In this document: in pieces, positions 28,287 through 38,030 of the stretch
Layout of the letters: every line of letters starts with the position of its first letter
Position numbering within the stretch: position 1 is the stretch's first letter
Assembly: GCA_964624405.1 (NCBI GenBank)
Contig: CAZUXA010000013.1
Location: 3,829 to 67,828 of the forward strand
From: an uncultured bacterium
GTDB taxonomy: Bacteria > Fermentibacterota > Fermentibacteria > Fermentibacterales > JCC-6
Reading direction: 5' to 3'
Length of the DNA stretch: 64,000 bases
The notes under the pieces: generated by a model
Databases searched by the model: none
The model's input: the letters and a program-made list of their open reading frames with translations, nothing else
What the model was told of the DNA's origin: nothing
Translations under genes and position numbers: made by a program

Positions 28287-28640
28287 GGTGGAGGCGGCGG
28301 GATTCGAACCCGCGTCCGCATACGGGGGTTGAGCAGGCGACTACATGCTTAGTCCGTACTCATTCTTGGCCGGAGGTGGGCAACGGACGGCGCTCTCCGG
28401 ACATGCCCTCCATTGATCTCGTTTCTTCACCCCGGAAGGCGGGGGGATGGAAACCAGCCTTCATTGCGTCGCCCTGTACCACCCCGAAGGCGGGGGTGGA
28501 GAGGACGGCCACCCTTACAAGAGGGTGACGGATTGTCGCTTACGCGGCAGTTATTCTGTTCCGCCTTTTTAACGAGGCCGGCGGAACCTCGGCATGCTCC
28601 CGCAAAACCGCATCCGTACCCGTCGAGACCTGTCGCCCCC
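28287..28640 (-). ncRNA. ssrA: tmRNA (ssrA), ~354 nt
   Basis: Minus-strand 5' end GGGGGCGACAGGTCTCGACGGGTACGGATGCGG. 3' end GGACGCGGGTTCGAATCCCGCCGCCTCCACCA (T-arm plus acceptor plus CCA). Internal GC-rich pseudoknot repeats. Confidence 0.9.
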
Positions 28641-28715
28641 ACGAATACACCTTAACATACTTCTTCCCGGGCAGTTTTTCAACCCGCTGGGCAAAGACCG
28701 GCGGGTTTCGCCCGG

Positions 28716-29192
28716 TCAGACAGACTTCTCGAACATGTCGTACCAGCTCGCTCCGCTTACCTTCTCCTCGGTGAACTCGCCGGTTGGGCTGACCTGTACC
28801 ATGATAAAGCGGGGCTTTGCCTTGCGCTTCAGGAAAGCTGAGATGCCTGAGACTCCCGGTTCGGCCTGATTGGGTTCGTACTGGGCTCCACCGGCATCCC
28901 AGATGGAGCGGTAGTAAACCTGGTAAGTCTCTTCATCAGAGGGTTCGCCGGTGTCCACGACAGGGTGTCTTTCCTGGATCATGGCCAGGAAGCCGGGCCA
29001 GCGTTGATCGCTTCTTACCCTGTCGGAGTACTCGAAGACCTTTTTGTAGTGCTCGGAATAGAGCTTGTTCCTGTCTTCCACATACCTGCCTGCCCTTCTC
29101 CATCTAATCACAATGTACGCGAGTATGACAAGAACACTTACAGCAACGACCAAAGGTCGATTGGACAGCAACCCCTCGAAAAAGCCATTCAT
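28716..29192 (-). CDS. hypothetical N-terminally membrane-anchored protein
   Basis: Single TM (LVVAVSVLVILAYIVI) followed by a soluble ~120-aa domain. No family recognised. Confidence 0.45.
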   Translation of the reverse strand: MNGFFEGLLSNRPLVVAVSVLVILAYIVIRWRRAGRYVEDRNKLYSEHYKKVFEYSDRVRSDQRWPGFLAMIQERHPVVDTGEPSDEETYQVYYRSIWDAGGAQYEPNQAEPGVSGISAFLKRKAKPRFIMVQVSPTGEFTEEKVSGASWYDMFEKSV

Positions 29193-29335
29193 TCACGCCC
29201 TCCATGGTTTACAGCCGTGCGAGGCTTGTTCCTCGCTTCGGAATGCTGGTTTATATGGTTCGGGGCCTTTCCTGTCAAAACGGATAACCGGGTATCGCGC
29301 TTCTGCCGAGCCCGCTCCAGTGTGATCAAGGGGGG

Positions 29336-29364
29336 TTGATTTTCGATTGTGTTTCCAGTATATG
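29336..29364 (+). promoter_or_regulatory. putative sigma70-type promoter of rpmB (TTGATT-17 nt-TATATG)
   Basis: -35/-10-like hexamers with a 17-nt spacer, about 37 nt upstream of the AAGGAG RBS and the ATG at 29401. Confidence 0.35.
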
Positions 29365-29400
29365 TTGCCGTCATTCCGAATTGAAAACAAGGAGACTGCA

Positions 29401-29589
29401 ATGTCCTGGAAATGCGATATATGCGGAAAGAAGCCTTCGGTGGGCTACAGGGTCAGCCATTCCACCAAGCATACCAAGCATGTTTGGAAGCCCAACCTTC
29501 AGCCGGCCAGGGCTCTGGTCGCCGGAGTGGTCAGGCGCATAAAGGTCTGCACCACTTGCATCAAGAGCGGCAGGGTTCAGCGCGCCTGA
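29401..29589 (+). CDS. rpmB: 50S ribosomal protein L28
   Basis: MSWKCDICGKKPSVGYRVSHSTKHTKHVWKPNLQ...VCTTCIKSGRV: canonical short L28 with a Zn-ribbon CxxC...CxxC. Confidence 0.85.
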   Translation: MSWKCDICGKKPSVGYRVSHSTKHTKHVWKPNLQPARALVAGVVRRIKVCTTCIKSGRVQRA

Positions 29590-29803
29590 GCATACCACTG
29601 GAGGGCGCCAGGTCCTCCGGCTTCACAGCGTACCCGAAAATGCGGGAGCTGTTTCCATCTGCGTCTGAGATTCTCTGAAATCCTGTGGCCGGGGTGTTCA
29701 TGTTCTCCGGTGTGGTTCCTTGTTTCAATGGTCTGTCAGGAACACGGTGTTCTGCAGGATTGATTCGTCGGGTTCATACCGCACCGCCTGCGGAGTGGAA
29801 GCG

Positions 29804-31429
29804 CTACTTTCTGTCTTCGTTAAGGGCGGCGGCGGCCTGGTATTCCCGGGAAAGCCTGGTGTAGCCGAATCCCATGTTGAGGAAGTCCCATCCGAACGGG
29901 CTTCCCACTTCCAGAGGTTCGAACACCCAGTTCATGTCTATGCCGGCGGCTTCAAACGCGGTGTTCCAGCCAACTCCCGTGAGCCTTGTTTCCAGGGCAA
30001 CGGCGGTTCTTCTGTCCCCCCTGGCCAGCAGCGCGCTGATGTGCGCATCCCGGGGCGACATTCCATGAACTTCCGTGATTCCAAGCCCTTTCATGTCTTC
30101 GGTGAAGCGGTCTATCATTACCCGAAGGCCGTTCGGGTTTACCATGGAAGCCCACTGAAAGGCGGTCCAGGGCCTGGGAACGAAGGGATCGATCCGGACA
30201 ACCACCGGAAGGCTGGCTGAGTTGAGAATCAGTTCCACAAAACTGCGGTTATCGCTACGGTCCGAGTCTGTTTCAAAAGGAAATCCAACCTGAAAGTTGA
30301 TCTGTATTCTTTTCGCCCTGGGGTCATGGTTCTTCACGATGTCAAGGTAATCCTTGTTCGTGCGGCTCTTGCCGAGAACCCTTCGAAGGGAATCCGAGCC
30401 GGTTTCCGGGGCAATCAGGAGGGTTTCCACATCATAGGTGGAGGGTATCTCCTCGACCATTTCCGGAGTGTCACGCCGGTGCGAACTGACATGGGCTGTG
30501 AGACCGCACTGCCCGGCGAAGTCAGTGATTTCCCCAAGCTGAATATGCCCGGTGGGTGTGCAGGCGGTGAAAACAACCCTCTCACCCTCGGGAATCCGGC
30601 GGATTGTTTCCTCGAGTTCCTCAAGATGCTGCTCGCGATATGGCAGGAACAGATAGCCCGGCATGCAGAAGCGGCAGTTGAAGGGGCAGCCCCGGGCAAT
30701 CTCCACGATCCAGGTGTCGGGAATGACCGACCTGGCAGAGATGGTTCCGGTGAGGGCTCCCACGCTTTCGGTGCTGGCCCACTGGCGCATGATGCCGAAT
30801 CTGGGGGAAACTCCGTGAACCCCGGGAACCAGCAGTCCCGGCAGTTCTGCCACCTGTCTCAGTATGCTTTCCTTCATCGAAGGGGATCTTCCCATGCTTT
30901 TCACAGTATCCAGAACCGGGCCCAGAATCGGTTCGCTTTCGCCGATGAGAAAGGCGTCAAAGAATGGCATCAGGGGGATGGGATTCGAGGTTACGCCGAG
31001 GCCGAAAGCAATCACAAGAGGCCATCGATCACGCCTTTGAGCGGATCTGAGGGGAACTCCAGACAACTCCATCATCTCCAGGGCGGGAACGAAATCGTTT
31101 TCACCGGGAAGAATGAATATCAGCAGATCGGTTTGAGAGATGGGCTCGCCATCGTCAAGTGTAACCGCCGGTCTGGAAGTGCGCTTTCGCCAGTTGAATT
31201 CGTCTCGTTCAGGAAGGAAGGCCCTGGAACACACGGTGTCGGACCATGTGGACAACTGCCTGTGAATTCTGTGGAATGAAAGGTGTGCCATGGCCTGGCT
31301 GTAAAGCCTGGGAAAGGCGATAACTGTTCTAAACATGCCTCCGGCATTTCCCGGAGTCAGGCTCTTTTCAGCGGAGAGAAACTTGCTTCTACGCTCTTCA
31401 TACCGGTCACCGGCTGATTTTCTGCTCAT
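29804..31429 (-). CDS. radical SAM family protein (B12-binding-like N-domain)
   Basis: CxxxCxxC motif IARGCPFNCRFCMPGY. 541 aa. Confidence 0.75.
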   Translation of the reverse strand: MSRKSAGDRYEERRSKFLSAEKSLTPGNAGGMFRTVIAFPRLYSQAMAHLSFHRIHRQLSTWSDTVCSRAFLPERDEFNWRKRTSRPAVTLDDGEPISQTDLLIFILPGENDFVPALEMMELSGVPLRSAQRRDRWPLVIAFGLGVTSNPIPLMPFFDAFLIGESEPILGPVLDTVKSMGRSPSMKESILRQVAELPGLLVPGVHGVSPRFGIMRQWASTESVGALTGTISARSVIPDTWIVEIARGCPFNCRFCMPGYLFLPYREQHLEELEETIRRIPEGERVVFTACTPTGHIQLGEITDFAGQCGLTAHVSSHRRDTPEMVEEIPSTYDVETLLIAPETGSDSLRRVLGKSRTNKDYLDIVKNHDPRAKRIQINFQVGFPFETDSDRSDNRSFVELILNSASLPVVVRIDPFVPRPWTAFQWASMVNPNGLRVMIDRFTEDMKGLGITEVHGMSPRDAHISALLARGDRRTAVALETRLTGVGWNTAFEAAGIDMNWVFEPLEVGSPFGWDFLNMGFGYTRLSREYQAAAALNEDRK

Positions 31430-31521
31430 CCAGTGGCTTCCTCTTCTCTAGAATGCGCCAGGAGAAAGGGGAATATACTTACGCACCGTTGGCGTATCAA
31501 AACAAGCCCATTTTATTTGCC

Positions 31522-32670
31522 TTAATCGAAGTCTCTCTGTAAAAAGTACGGCAAGGACGAATCCCTTGTATTCACATTTCCCGAGCCGTGGGCGACCACC
31601 GGAACAGGGATGTGCTCCGTCCCCCTTCTTACGCCCTCAAAGGGACCCCGGGCCACTTTGGCAGGAAGATCGATTTCCACGGGGTCGCTTTCAAACCTGT
31701 CCCCGAAGCCGGTGGCGATCACAGTCACCTTGATTTCAGCGTCAACATCATCACCGTAGCTGTGGCCGATGAACACCTGGGCGGTTCTGCCCACGACATC
31801 TGAAATGGTCTTCTGGGCCAGCATCGCCTCCCGGAACTTCACATTCCGGCCGGAATGGACATTGATAAGCACCGCCCGGGCGCCTTCGATGGAAATGCTG
31901 TCCAGCAGGGGATTGGATATGGCCTGACGGGCTGCCTCTTCAGCCCTGTTCGGGCCCGTGGCTACCCCGGTTCCCATCATTGCTCCACCCCCGCTGGTGA
32001 TCACCCGTCGAACATCCTCGAAGTCCAGGTTGATGGCGCCTGGAACGGAAATGATCCGGTTGATTCCCTCCACCGCGTTGGCGAGAACATCATTTGCCAT
32101 TGCCAGGGCGTCCTCGAGTGTGGCTTCCTCGTCCACCACCGACATGAGCCTGTCATTGGGTATGATGATGAGGCTGTCCAGAACCTTCCTGAGATTCTGT
32201 ATTCCCTCCTCCGCCCTCTGCTGCTTCAGAACCCCTTCATGTTCAAAGGGTCTGGAGACCACTCCCACAGTTATCGCTCCCTGTTCCCGGGCCACCTGGG
32301 CGATGACCGGCGCCGCGCCGGTGCCGGTCCCGCCGCCCATGCCCGCGGCGATGAAGACCATGTCGCAACCGGCGAGCATGTCCTCAATATCTGTAAGGTT
32401 CTCCTCCGCCGCCTGTCTCCCGAGCTCGTGGTTCCCGCCGGTGCCCCTTCCCCGGGTAACCCTGGTGCCTATGATCATCTTCTCATCGTACAGGCTGTTC
32501 TCAAAGTCCTGTATGTCGGTGTTGATGGCGATGTACTGAACTCCCCGTATCTTTCTCTGAATCATCCTGGTGATGGCGTTGCAGCCGCACCCTCCTACCC
32601 CCACCACCTTCAGGCTGATTTTCCCTCCGGAGTCCTCCCCCAGCTCCATCAGATCGTATACAGCCGGCAT
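31522..32670 (-). CDS. ftsZ: cell division GTPase FtsZ
   Basis: T1 loop VVGVGGCGCN and T4 GGGTGTGAAPVIAQVAREQGAITVGVV signature. 382 aa. Confidence 0.95.
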   Translation of the reverse strand: MPAVYDLMELGEDSGGKISLKVVGVGGCGCNAITRMIQRKIRGVQYIAINTDIQDFENSLYDEKMIIGTRVTRGRGTGGNHELGRQAAEENLTDIEDMLAGCDMVFIAAGMGGGTGTGAAPVIAQVAREQGAITVGVVSRPFEHEGVLKQQRAEEGIQNLRKVLDSLIIIPNDRLMSVVDEEATLEDALAMANDVLANAVEGINRIISVPGAINLDFEDVRRVITSGGGAMMGTGVATGPNRAEEAARQAISNPLLDSISIEGARAVLINVHSGRNVKFREAMLAQKTISDVVGRTAQVFIGHSYGDDVDAEIKVTVIATGFGDRFESDPVEIDLPAKVARGPFEGVRRGTEHIPVPVVAHGSGNVNTRDSSLPYFLQRDFD

Positions 32671-32685
32671 GTCAACCTCCCTCTG

Positions 32686-33924
32686 CTACTTCAGCGTGTC
32701 TATGAACTGCTTCATTCTCTGGAACATTCCTTTTCTCGCCCCGGGGGAGATTCTTCTCCCGTGCTTGTTACCCCTCGCGCAACCGTGTATGGCAAGGCCC
32801 GCCGCTACCGCGAACTCCGGGCTTCTCAGAATCTCGGAGGGTGTGTTTTCCACTCTCGGCGCGCCGGTTTCGACGGAAAGGCCGGTCACCGCCGATGCGG
32901 TTTCCAGAAGACCCCTGGTGCGGGAGCCTCCCCCGGTGAAAACCAGACCGCCTGAAAGATCCGAAGGCTCCAGGCCACTTCGCTTGATCTCCTGAGATAT
33001 GGCTTCGCATATGGCTTCAGTTCTCTGGGACACCACCTGGGTCACCAGGGGATGGGATATCTGAAGCGTTCCCCGGTCACCGAGCCTCGGTACATTGATG
33101 ATCATGTTGGGCTGGCTCAACCGCTCACTTGCGGCGGCCTTCTCAACCTTCAGCCTTTCTGCCTGAGCCCAGGAAAGCCTCAGCCGCTGCAGATCCCTGG
33201 TAATGTGGTCTGAAGCCATGGGAACCGCCGCGAGGTGCAGAGGCCCTCCGCCCCTGTACAGAACAAGGTTGGTAATGGAATGGCCCATGTCCGCCAGAAT
33301 TACCCCGAAGTCGGTCTCGTCCGGGCTCAGCACCGCGGTTCCCGCTGCGAGGGCGGAGGGAATCAGGGCGTCTACTCTCCTGCCGGTGTGCTCAACCAGA
33401 GCCACAAGGTTTTCCACTGGAACCCGGTCGGAAAACACCGTGAACACCCTGGCCGTTATGGATGAAGCCTGAAGCCCAACCGGTGGCTTGCGCAGCCCCG
33501 AGAACCTGTCAAAGGCGAAATCTCTTGTAATGCTGTCCAGCGCCATGCAGCCCGGGGGCAGATCGATGCTTCCCGCGGCTTCTATGGCATGCGCCACATC
33601 CCTGTCCGAGATGATGCCGGGTTCATCCAGGGTTCCGGTGCCTATGGTCCCGGTTCCCATAAGTCCTCTCACATGGGCGCCGCCAACCCCGAGGTGCACT
33701 CTGTCAACCCGGAAACCGCAGAGTTCCTCCGCCTCTTCGATGGCACTCCGCACCGCGGCTGCGGCACCCTCCATGTCCACCAGGATTCCATCCCGCACGC
33801 TGCCTCCGCTGTCGGCGGCTCCGAGGCCTGAAAACACCGGGGAGCCGTTCTCGCCGGCGACAGCCACAACGCACTTCACGGATGAAGCGCCGATATCAAG
33901 CCCCGCGTAGTATTCGACGCTCAT
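32686..33924 (-). CDS. ftsA: cell division protein FtsA
   Basis: Actin-like ATPase motifs (GLDIGASSVKCVV). C-terminal amphipathic membrane-targeting helix (MFQRMKQFIDTLK). Confidence 0.9.
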   Translation of the reverse strand: MSVEYYAGLDIGASSVKCVVAVAGENGSPVFSGLGAADSGGSVRDGILVDMEGAAAAVRSAIEEAEELCGFRVDRVHLGVGGAHVRGLMGTGTIGTGTLDEPGIISDRDVAHAIEAAGSIDLPPGCMALDSITRDFAFDRFSGLRKPPVGLQASSITARVFTVFSDRVPVENLVALVEHTGRRVDALIPSALAAGTAVLSPDETDFGVILADMGHSITNLVLYRGGGPLHLAAVPMASDHITRDLQRLRLSWAQAERLKVEKAAASERLSQPNMIINVPRLGDRGTLQISHPLVTQVVSQRTEAICEAISQEIKRSGLEPSDLSGGLVFTGGGSRTRGLLETASAVTGLSVETGAPRVENTPSEILRSPEFAVAAGLAIHGCARGNKHGRRISPGARKGMFQRMKQFIDTLK

Positions 33925-34583
33925 GAACTCCTCCTGAACACGGCCTGCCCCCGAAATCTCAGGTCAACCTGTAACCCTCCCTCGGTGAGGGGCCTGACCA
34001 ACCCCCAGGACAGCCATCTCTCCTCCAGGCCATCCATGCCCAGAATAACCTGCACTTCATTCTCCAGAACCCTGACACCCGTCGAATCAAGCATGATCAC
34101 CGAGCCCTCGAGTTCCCTTCGGAACCCGTGGGTGAATGCCACGGCGGAAGCGAGAACCAACGGATCCGGCTCACCGGTGAATCGGATTACCGGCAGATTC
34201 TCCGACAGCCACTGTTCAGGAAGCTCTCTGCACTCAAGGCTCACGGGAACCCGGCCCGAGGGCGTATCCAGTATCACCGCCGCTTCCTCCAGATCAAGCA
34301 TTAGATGCATGGATCCGGGCCAGATCAGCGAGACATCCACGTCGCGAACCCCGGGAATCAGCATGATCTGAGCCGTTATCGAATCGACGCTGATCTGATG
34401 AAGAGGTCTTCCGAATGTGTGCTGAAGCGCCCTGGCCACCGCGGTGGTATCCGCCCCTTCGAGCCCGGTCACATAGACGGTTTCCAGGTTGAACCGGCCC
34501 TCCCGGTCCGCCCATCTGAAGGCCAGCACACCCGCCAGCATAACAACACTGACAATGGTCATGCCCAGCGCCCTGGTTTTCAT
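33921..34583 (-). CDS. ftsQ: cell division protein FtsQ (POTRA domain)
   Basis: Single N-terminal TM plus POTRA-like region. Position between murC and ftsA. 4-nt overlap with ftsA. Confidence 0.8.
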   Translation of the reverse strand: MKTRALGMTIVSVVMLAGVLAFRWADREGRFNLETVYVTGLEGADTTAVARALQHTFGRPLHQISVDSITAQIMLIPGVRDVDVSLIWPGSMHLMLDLEEAAVILDTPSGRVPVSLECRELPEQWLSENLPVIRFTGEPDPLVLASAVAFTHGFRRELEGSVIMLDSTGVRVLENEVQVILGMDGLEERWLSWGLVRPLTEGGLQVDLRFRGQAVFRRSS

Positions 34584-35884
34584 TTCAGTTCCCCCATTGT
34601 TCTCCGCGCCATTTCATCAACGCTTCCAGCCCCCATGAACAGAATTGCTCCGGCGCTGCTTCCCCTCACGACTTCCGTGAGGCGCTCCTCGCATACTTCT
34701 TGAAACCTTCCACCGGACTCCCGGGTTATGAGTTCCGATGTAACTCCCTCCACGGGCTGCTCCCGGGACGGGTAAATCGGAAGAACCCACACATTCTCCG
34801 CTGGAAGAAGGGCATGGGCCATCTCCCGGAACATCGAACCGGTCCTGCTGAACAGGTGCGGCTGAAAAACCACATCCACAGATCCCTTTATCGCCTGTTT
34901 CACAGCGGAGATCGCCGCCGCAATCTCTCTGGGATGATGGGCGTAGTCGCTGATCAGTACCGTTCCCCGGGTCTCGCCGATTCTCTCAAGGCGCCTCTGA
35001 ACTCCGGGCCATGTGGAGAGGGCTTCCACCGCATCCTTCGGCTCGACACCCGCCGCTCCGCACAGGGCCACAGCGGTTTCCGCGTTTCTCAGGTTATGGA
35101 CTCCGGGGGCGGGAAGCCGGCCCGGCACTCCTTCCAGGGAAAAGTCCATCCCCCACCCACTGGATTCCATGGGCATCAGGTGGCAGTCACCGGAGGGGCC
35201 GCAGACAACCACCCGGCGACCGATTCTTGCGGCGTATCGGCCCAGTGAGGGTTTTTCCGCCGGAACCACCACTGTTCCCCCGGGAAGAGTCAGTTCCAGA
35301 AACACTTCGAACGCCCATTCAAGAGCTTCCGAAGAGCCGTAGCATTCCAGGTGCTCAAGATCGAAGGAGGTAACCGCAGCGTGGGCGGAGGTTATCCTCA
35401 GAAAAGCCCTGTCGTACTCGTCGGCCTCCACCACCGCCAGCGGACCCCCGGGCCTGAAGTTGCCTCCCCAGGGCGTCATTCCACCGCCCAGGAAAACCGT
35501 GGGGTTCATCCCGACCTCCTGCAGAATCCAGCCGGTCATGGATGTGGTGCTGGTTTTTCCATGGGCGCCAGCCACAGCCATGGTGCTGCACCCCCTGGTC
35601 AGTTCCCCGAGAGCCTCGCTTCTCCTAAGTGTTCTTATGCCCCGCTTCCTGGCTTCCAGAACCTCGGGACAGTCATCGGCCATGGCCGCGGTGAACACCA
35701 CCGCGTCCTGGCCATCCAGATGCGACCTGGAATGGCCTTCCGCCACGGCAATCCCATCCAGCGACGGGTTATCCTGCGAAGAACGATCGCAACCGGTGAC
35801 ATTCCAACCGAGGGACTGGTACCAGCGGGCAAGGGCGCACATTCCCGCCCCTCGAATTCCGATGAGATGAATGTTTCCGCTCAC
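34580..35884 (-). CDS. murC: UDP-N-acetylmuramate--L-alanine ligase MurC
   Basis: IHLIGIRGAGM N-terminal motif and Mur ligase central/C-terminal domains. Start set at GTG 35884 (GTGA overlap with the murG stop). The ORF-track start at 36010 would overlap murG by 130 nt. Confidence 0.9.
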   Translation of the reverse strand: MSGNIHLIGIRGAGMCALARWYQSLGWNVTGCDRSSQDNPSLDGIAVAEGHSRSHLDGQDAVVFTAAMADDCPEVLEARKRGIRTLRRSEALGELTRGCSTMAVAGAHGKTSTTSMTGWILQEVGMNPTVFLGGGMTPWGGNFRPGGPLAVVEADEYDRAFLRITSAHAAVTSFDLEHLECYGSSEALEWAFEVFLELTLPGGTVVVPAEKPSLGRYAARIGRRVVVCGPSGDCHLMPMESSGWGMDFSLEGVPGRLPAPGVHNLRNAETAVALCGAAGVEPKDAVEALSTWPGVQRRLERIGETRGTVLISDYAHHPREIAAAISAVKQAIKGSVDVVFQPHLFSRTGSMFREMAHALLPAENVWVLPIYPSREQPVEGVTSELITRESGGRFQEVCEERLTEVVRGSSAGAILFMGAGSVDEMARRTMGELK

Positions 35885-36927
35885 AGGCACAGCCCCCTGA
35901 TCTCGGTGGAGATCCTTTCCGCGGTATCCGCCGGAAGCAGCCTCTCCATCGCGGCGGACATGGAGGCCAGTTTCTCCCTGTCTTGGAGAAGTTCGGTCAC
36001 TGCTTCCCAAAAACTGCCGGGATTCAGAGTTTCCTGCCTCACCATCAGCGCCCCTCCGGCCTCGACGGCCACCCCTGCGTTTCTGGCCTGGTGGTCATCC
36101 GCGGCGTGGGGATAGGGTATGAAAACCGCCGGTACTCCAAAGGACGCGAGTTCCGCAAGGGTTTGGGCTCCGGCTCTGGCAACGGCAATGTCCGAGGCGG
36201 AGTACCAGTCGGAAAGGTCTTCCAGAAACCCCGCTACCAGGAAGTTCTCCCTGTCCTTCGCGATTTCCGCAACCCTTTGCTCATCCCTGCCACCGCACTG
36301 GAGAAGAACGGAGATACCACCGGGGCACTGAAGGGCCAGATCGTTAAGAGCTCTTGCTCCCTGGCTTCCCCCGAGAACCAGGACGACCGGTTTTTCTTCC
36401 GGCAGTCCAAGCTTTTCAGCGGCACCGGAAACAACCCGCACCGGCTCCCGGGGTATTCCCACCGTCGACACCGGACAATGGAAGAGGCGGTCCTGGCCGG
36501 GGAAAGCGGCAAACGCAACTTTGCAGAAGCGGGAGACCAAGCGGTTGCTTCGTCCCGGGAAGGCGTTTGTGTCCAGCACCGCTCCCGGTATTCCAAGAAG
36601 CCACGCGGCGGCAACACAGTAGAAAGAAGCGTAGCCACCGGTTCCCAGCACCGCGTCAATTCCGAGTTTGCGAAGAAGCCCGGCGGCTTTTGCCAGAGCA
36701 ACCGTCCCGGTGAAGGGCAGAAACACCACGGCACCCCGGTCAATCCTTGGGCTTCGCAGAAGATGAACCTTGGATCCCTGGCCCCGGTACATGGCTTCGT
36801 CCACGGGTCTTTCCGTGCGGGCGTAGAAAACCTCAGCCCATCCATCCGCCTCGATTGCCCGGCCAACCGCCAGTGCCGGCGAGATATGTCCTCCGGTCCC
36901 GCCTCCGGCGATCAGAACTCTTTTCAT
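35881..36927 (-). CDS. murG: UDP-GlcNAc:undecaprenyl-PP-MurNAc-pentapeptide GlcNAc transferase MurG
   Basis: MKRVLIAGGGTGGHISPALAV G-loop. Start at ATG 36927 (ATGA overlap with the ftsW stop). The ORF-track 74-aa N-extension was rejected. Confidence 0.9.
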   Translation of the reverse strand: MKRVLIAGGGTGGHISPALAVGRAIEADGWAEVFYARTERPVDEAMYRGQGSKVHLLRSPRIDRGAVVFLPFTGTVALAKAAGLLRKLGIDAVLGTGGYASFYCVAAAWLLGIPGAVLDTNAFPGRSNRLVSRFCKVAFAAFPGQDRLFHCPVSTVGIPREPVRVVSGAAEKLGLPEEKPVVLVLGGSQGARALNDLALQCPGGISVLLQCGGRDEQRVAEIAKDRENFLVAGFLEDLSDWYSASDIAVARAGAQTLAELASFGVPAVFIPYPHAADDHQARNAGVAVEAGGALMVRQETLNPGSFWEAVTELLQDREKLASMSAAMERLLPADTAERISTEIRGLCL

Positions 36928-38030
36928 GCCCGGGACCTCCCTGCGGTTCCGGCAAGAAAGCCAACCGCGGCCAAGGTCAGAACAATGCTGGTGCCGCCCC
37001 AACTCACCAGTGGAAGCGGGATTCCGGTGGGGGGAAGCAACTTGGTAACCACCCCCGAATGTATGAGAACACCCATTGAAATGATGGCTGTAAACCCCCC
37101 GGATGCCAGTGAGCAGAAGGGAGTGTCGGCGCCGGCGGCGATTCTCCACCCGGCAATGCAGATCATCAGCAATCCCGAAAGCACAATCATGGCTCCCACA
37201 AATCCTGCTTCCTCACCGATCACAGCCAGGATGTAATCGCTGAATGCCTCCGGCAGAAAACCCCTCTGTTGCCTGCCCCTTCCCAGACCCCGCCCGAGAA
37301 GGCCGCCGCTTCCCAGTGCGATGCATGCCTGGTGGGGCTGGTAACTGCTGCCGGACAGCTCGGATTCATTGAGGCCCGATGTCACCCTTGTAAGGCGATA
37401 CGGTGAAGAAATCACTGAAGCCGACGCAAGAAGCAGGGCGACAAGCCCCAGAAGGACCATGTGGCGAAACCTGGCTCCGGCCAGCAGAAGCATCACCATC
37501 ATCACGGCGCCCATGAAGGCCGCTCCGGAAAAGTCGGGCTGCATCAGCATCAGGGCCACGGGCACCATTGCCGCAGCCAGCAGCTGCAGCAGGTGCCCGG
37601 GTTTTCTCACATCCCAGATTCCCCGGGACACCATGAAAGCCACAAGGAGCACGAAACCGAACCGCATGAGTTCCGAGGGAAGCAGCCTCACAGGGCCCAG
37701 AAACAGCCAGCGGCTGCTTCCATGGATGACAGGAGCAACTTCGCTTCCGGACATGAACACGGTAAGGCCCAGCAGAACGATGGAAATCAGATACACCGGA
37801 ACTGCCACCAGCTTCACCGCGCCGGGTTTGAGTTTCCAGGCGAAGAAGGCGAGCAGAAGACCGAATAGAATTCTGGACAGATGTCCCCTGAGGTAATGAA
37901 GGCTGTCCGCGGCAGGGCTTACTCTCATGGCGGAAAAGGCGCTGGCGGTCCAGACCGCCAGGATTCCCAGAACCAGAACGATCCCGGTTGACCACAGCAG
38001 AAGAGCCCTGTACCTGACTGGGGTGGTCAT
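36924..38030 (-). CDS. ftsW: SEDS-family peptidoglycan glycosyltransferase FtsW
   Basis: 10-TM SEDS protein in dcw context. Start at ATG 38030 (ATGA overlap with the murD stop). Confidence 0.9.
   Translation of the reverse strand: MTTPVRYRALLLWSTGIVLVLGILAVWTASAFSAMRVSPAADSLHYLRGHLSRILFGLLLAFFAWKLKPGAVKLVAVPVYLISIVLLGLTVFMSGSEVAPVIHGSSRWLFLGPVRLLPSELMRFGFVLLVAFMVSRGIWDVRKPGHLLQLLAAAMVPVALMLMQPDFSGAAFMGAVMMVMLLLAGARFRHMVLLGLVALLLASASVISSPYRLTRVTSGLNESELSGSSYQPHQACIALGSGGLLGRGLGRGRQQRGFLPEAFSDYILAVIGEEAGFVGAMIVLSGLLMICIAGWRIAAGADTPFCSLASGGFTAIISMGVLIHSGVVTKLLPPTGIPLPLVSWGGTSIVLTLAAVGFLAGTAGRSRA

Noticed and set aside
28410-28520. Repeated GC-rich motifs (CCCCGGAAGGCGGGGGGATGG / CCCCGAAGGCGGGGGTGGAG)
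   Set aside because: These are the pseudoknot helices internal to the tmRNA, not an independent repeat element or CRISPR.
29590-29640. Possible terminator hairpin GCGCC-N17-GGCGC after rpmB
   Set aside because: The loop is too long and there is no U-tract. It is not a convincing intrinsic terminator.
35983-37236. Long plus-strand ORFs antisense to the dcw genes (e.g. 35983-37236, 41890-42978, 43238-44461, 39240-40448, 31855-32955)
   Set aside because: They lie entirely inside well-supported minus-strand mur/fts genes and have no recognisable motifs. They are typical stop-codon-poor antisense frames in high-GC DNA.
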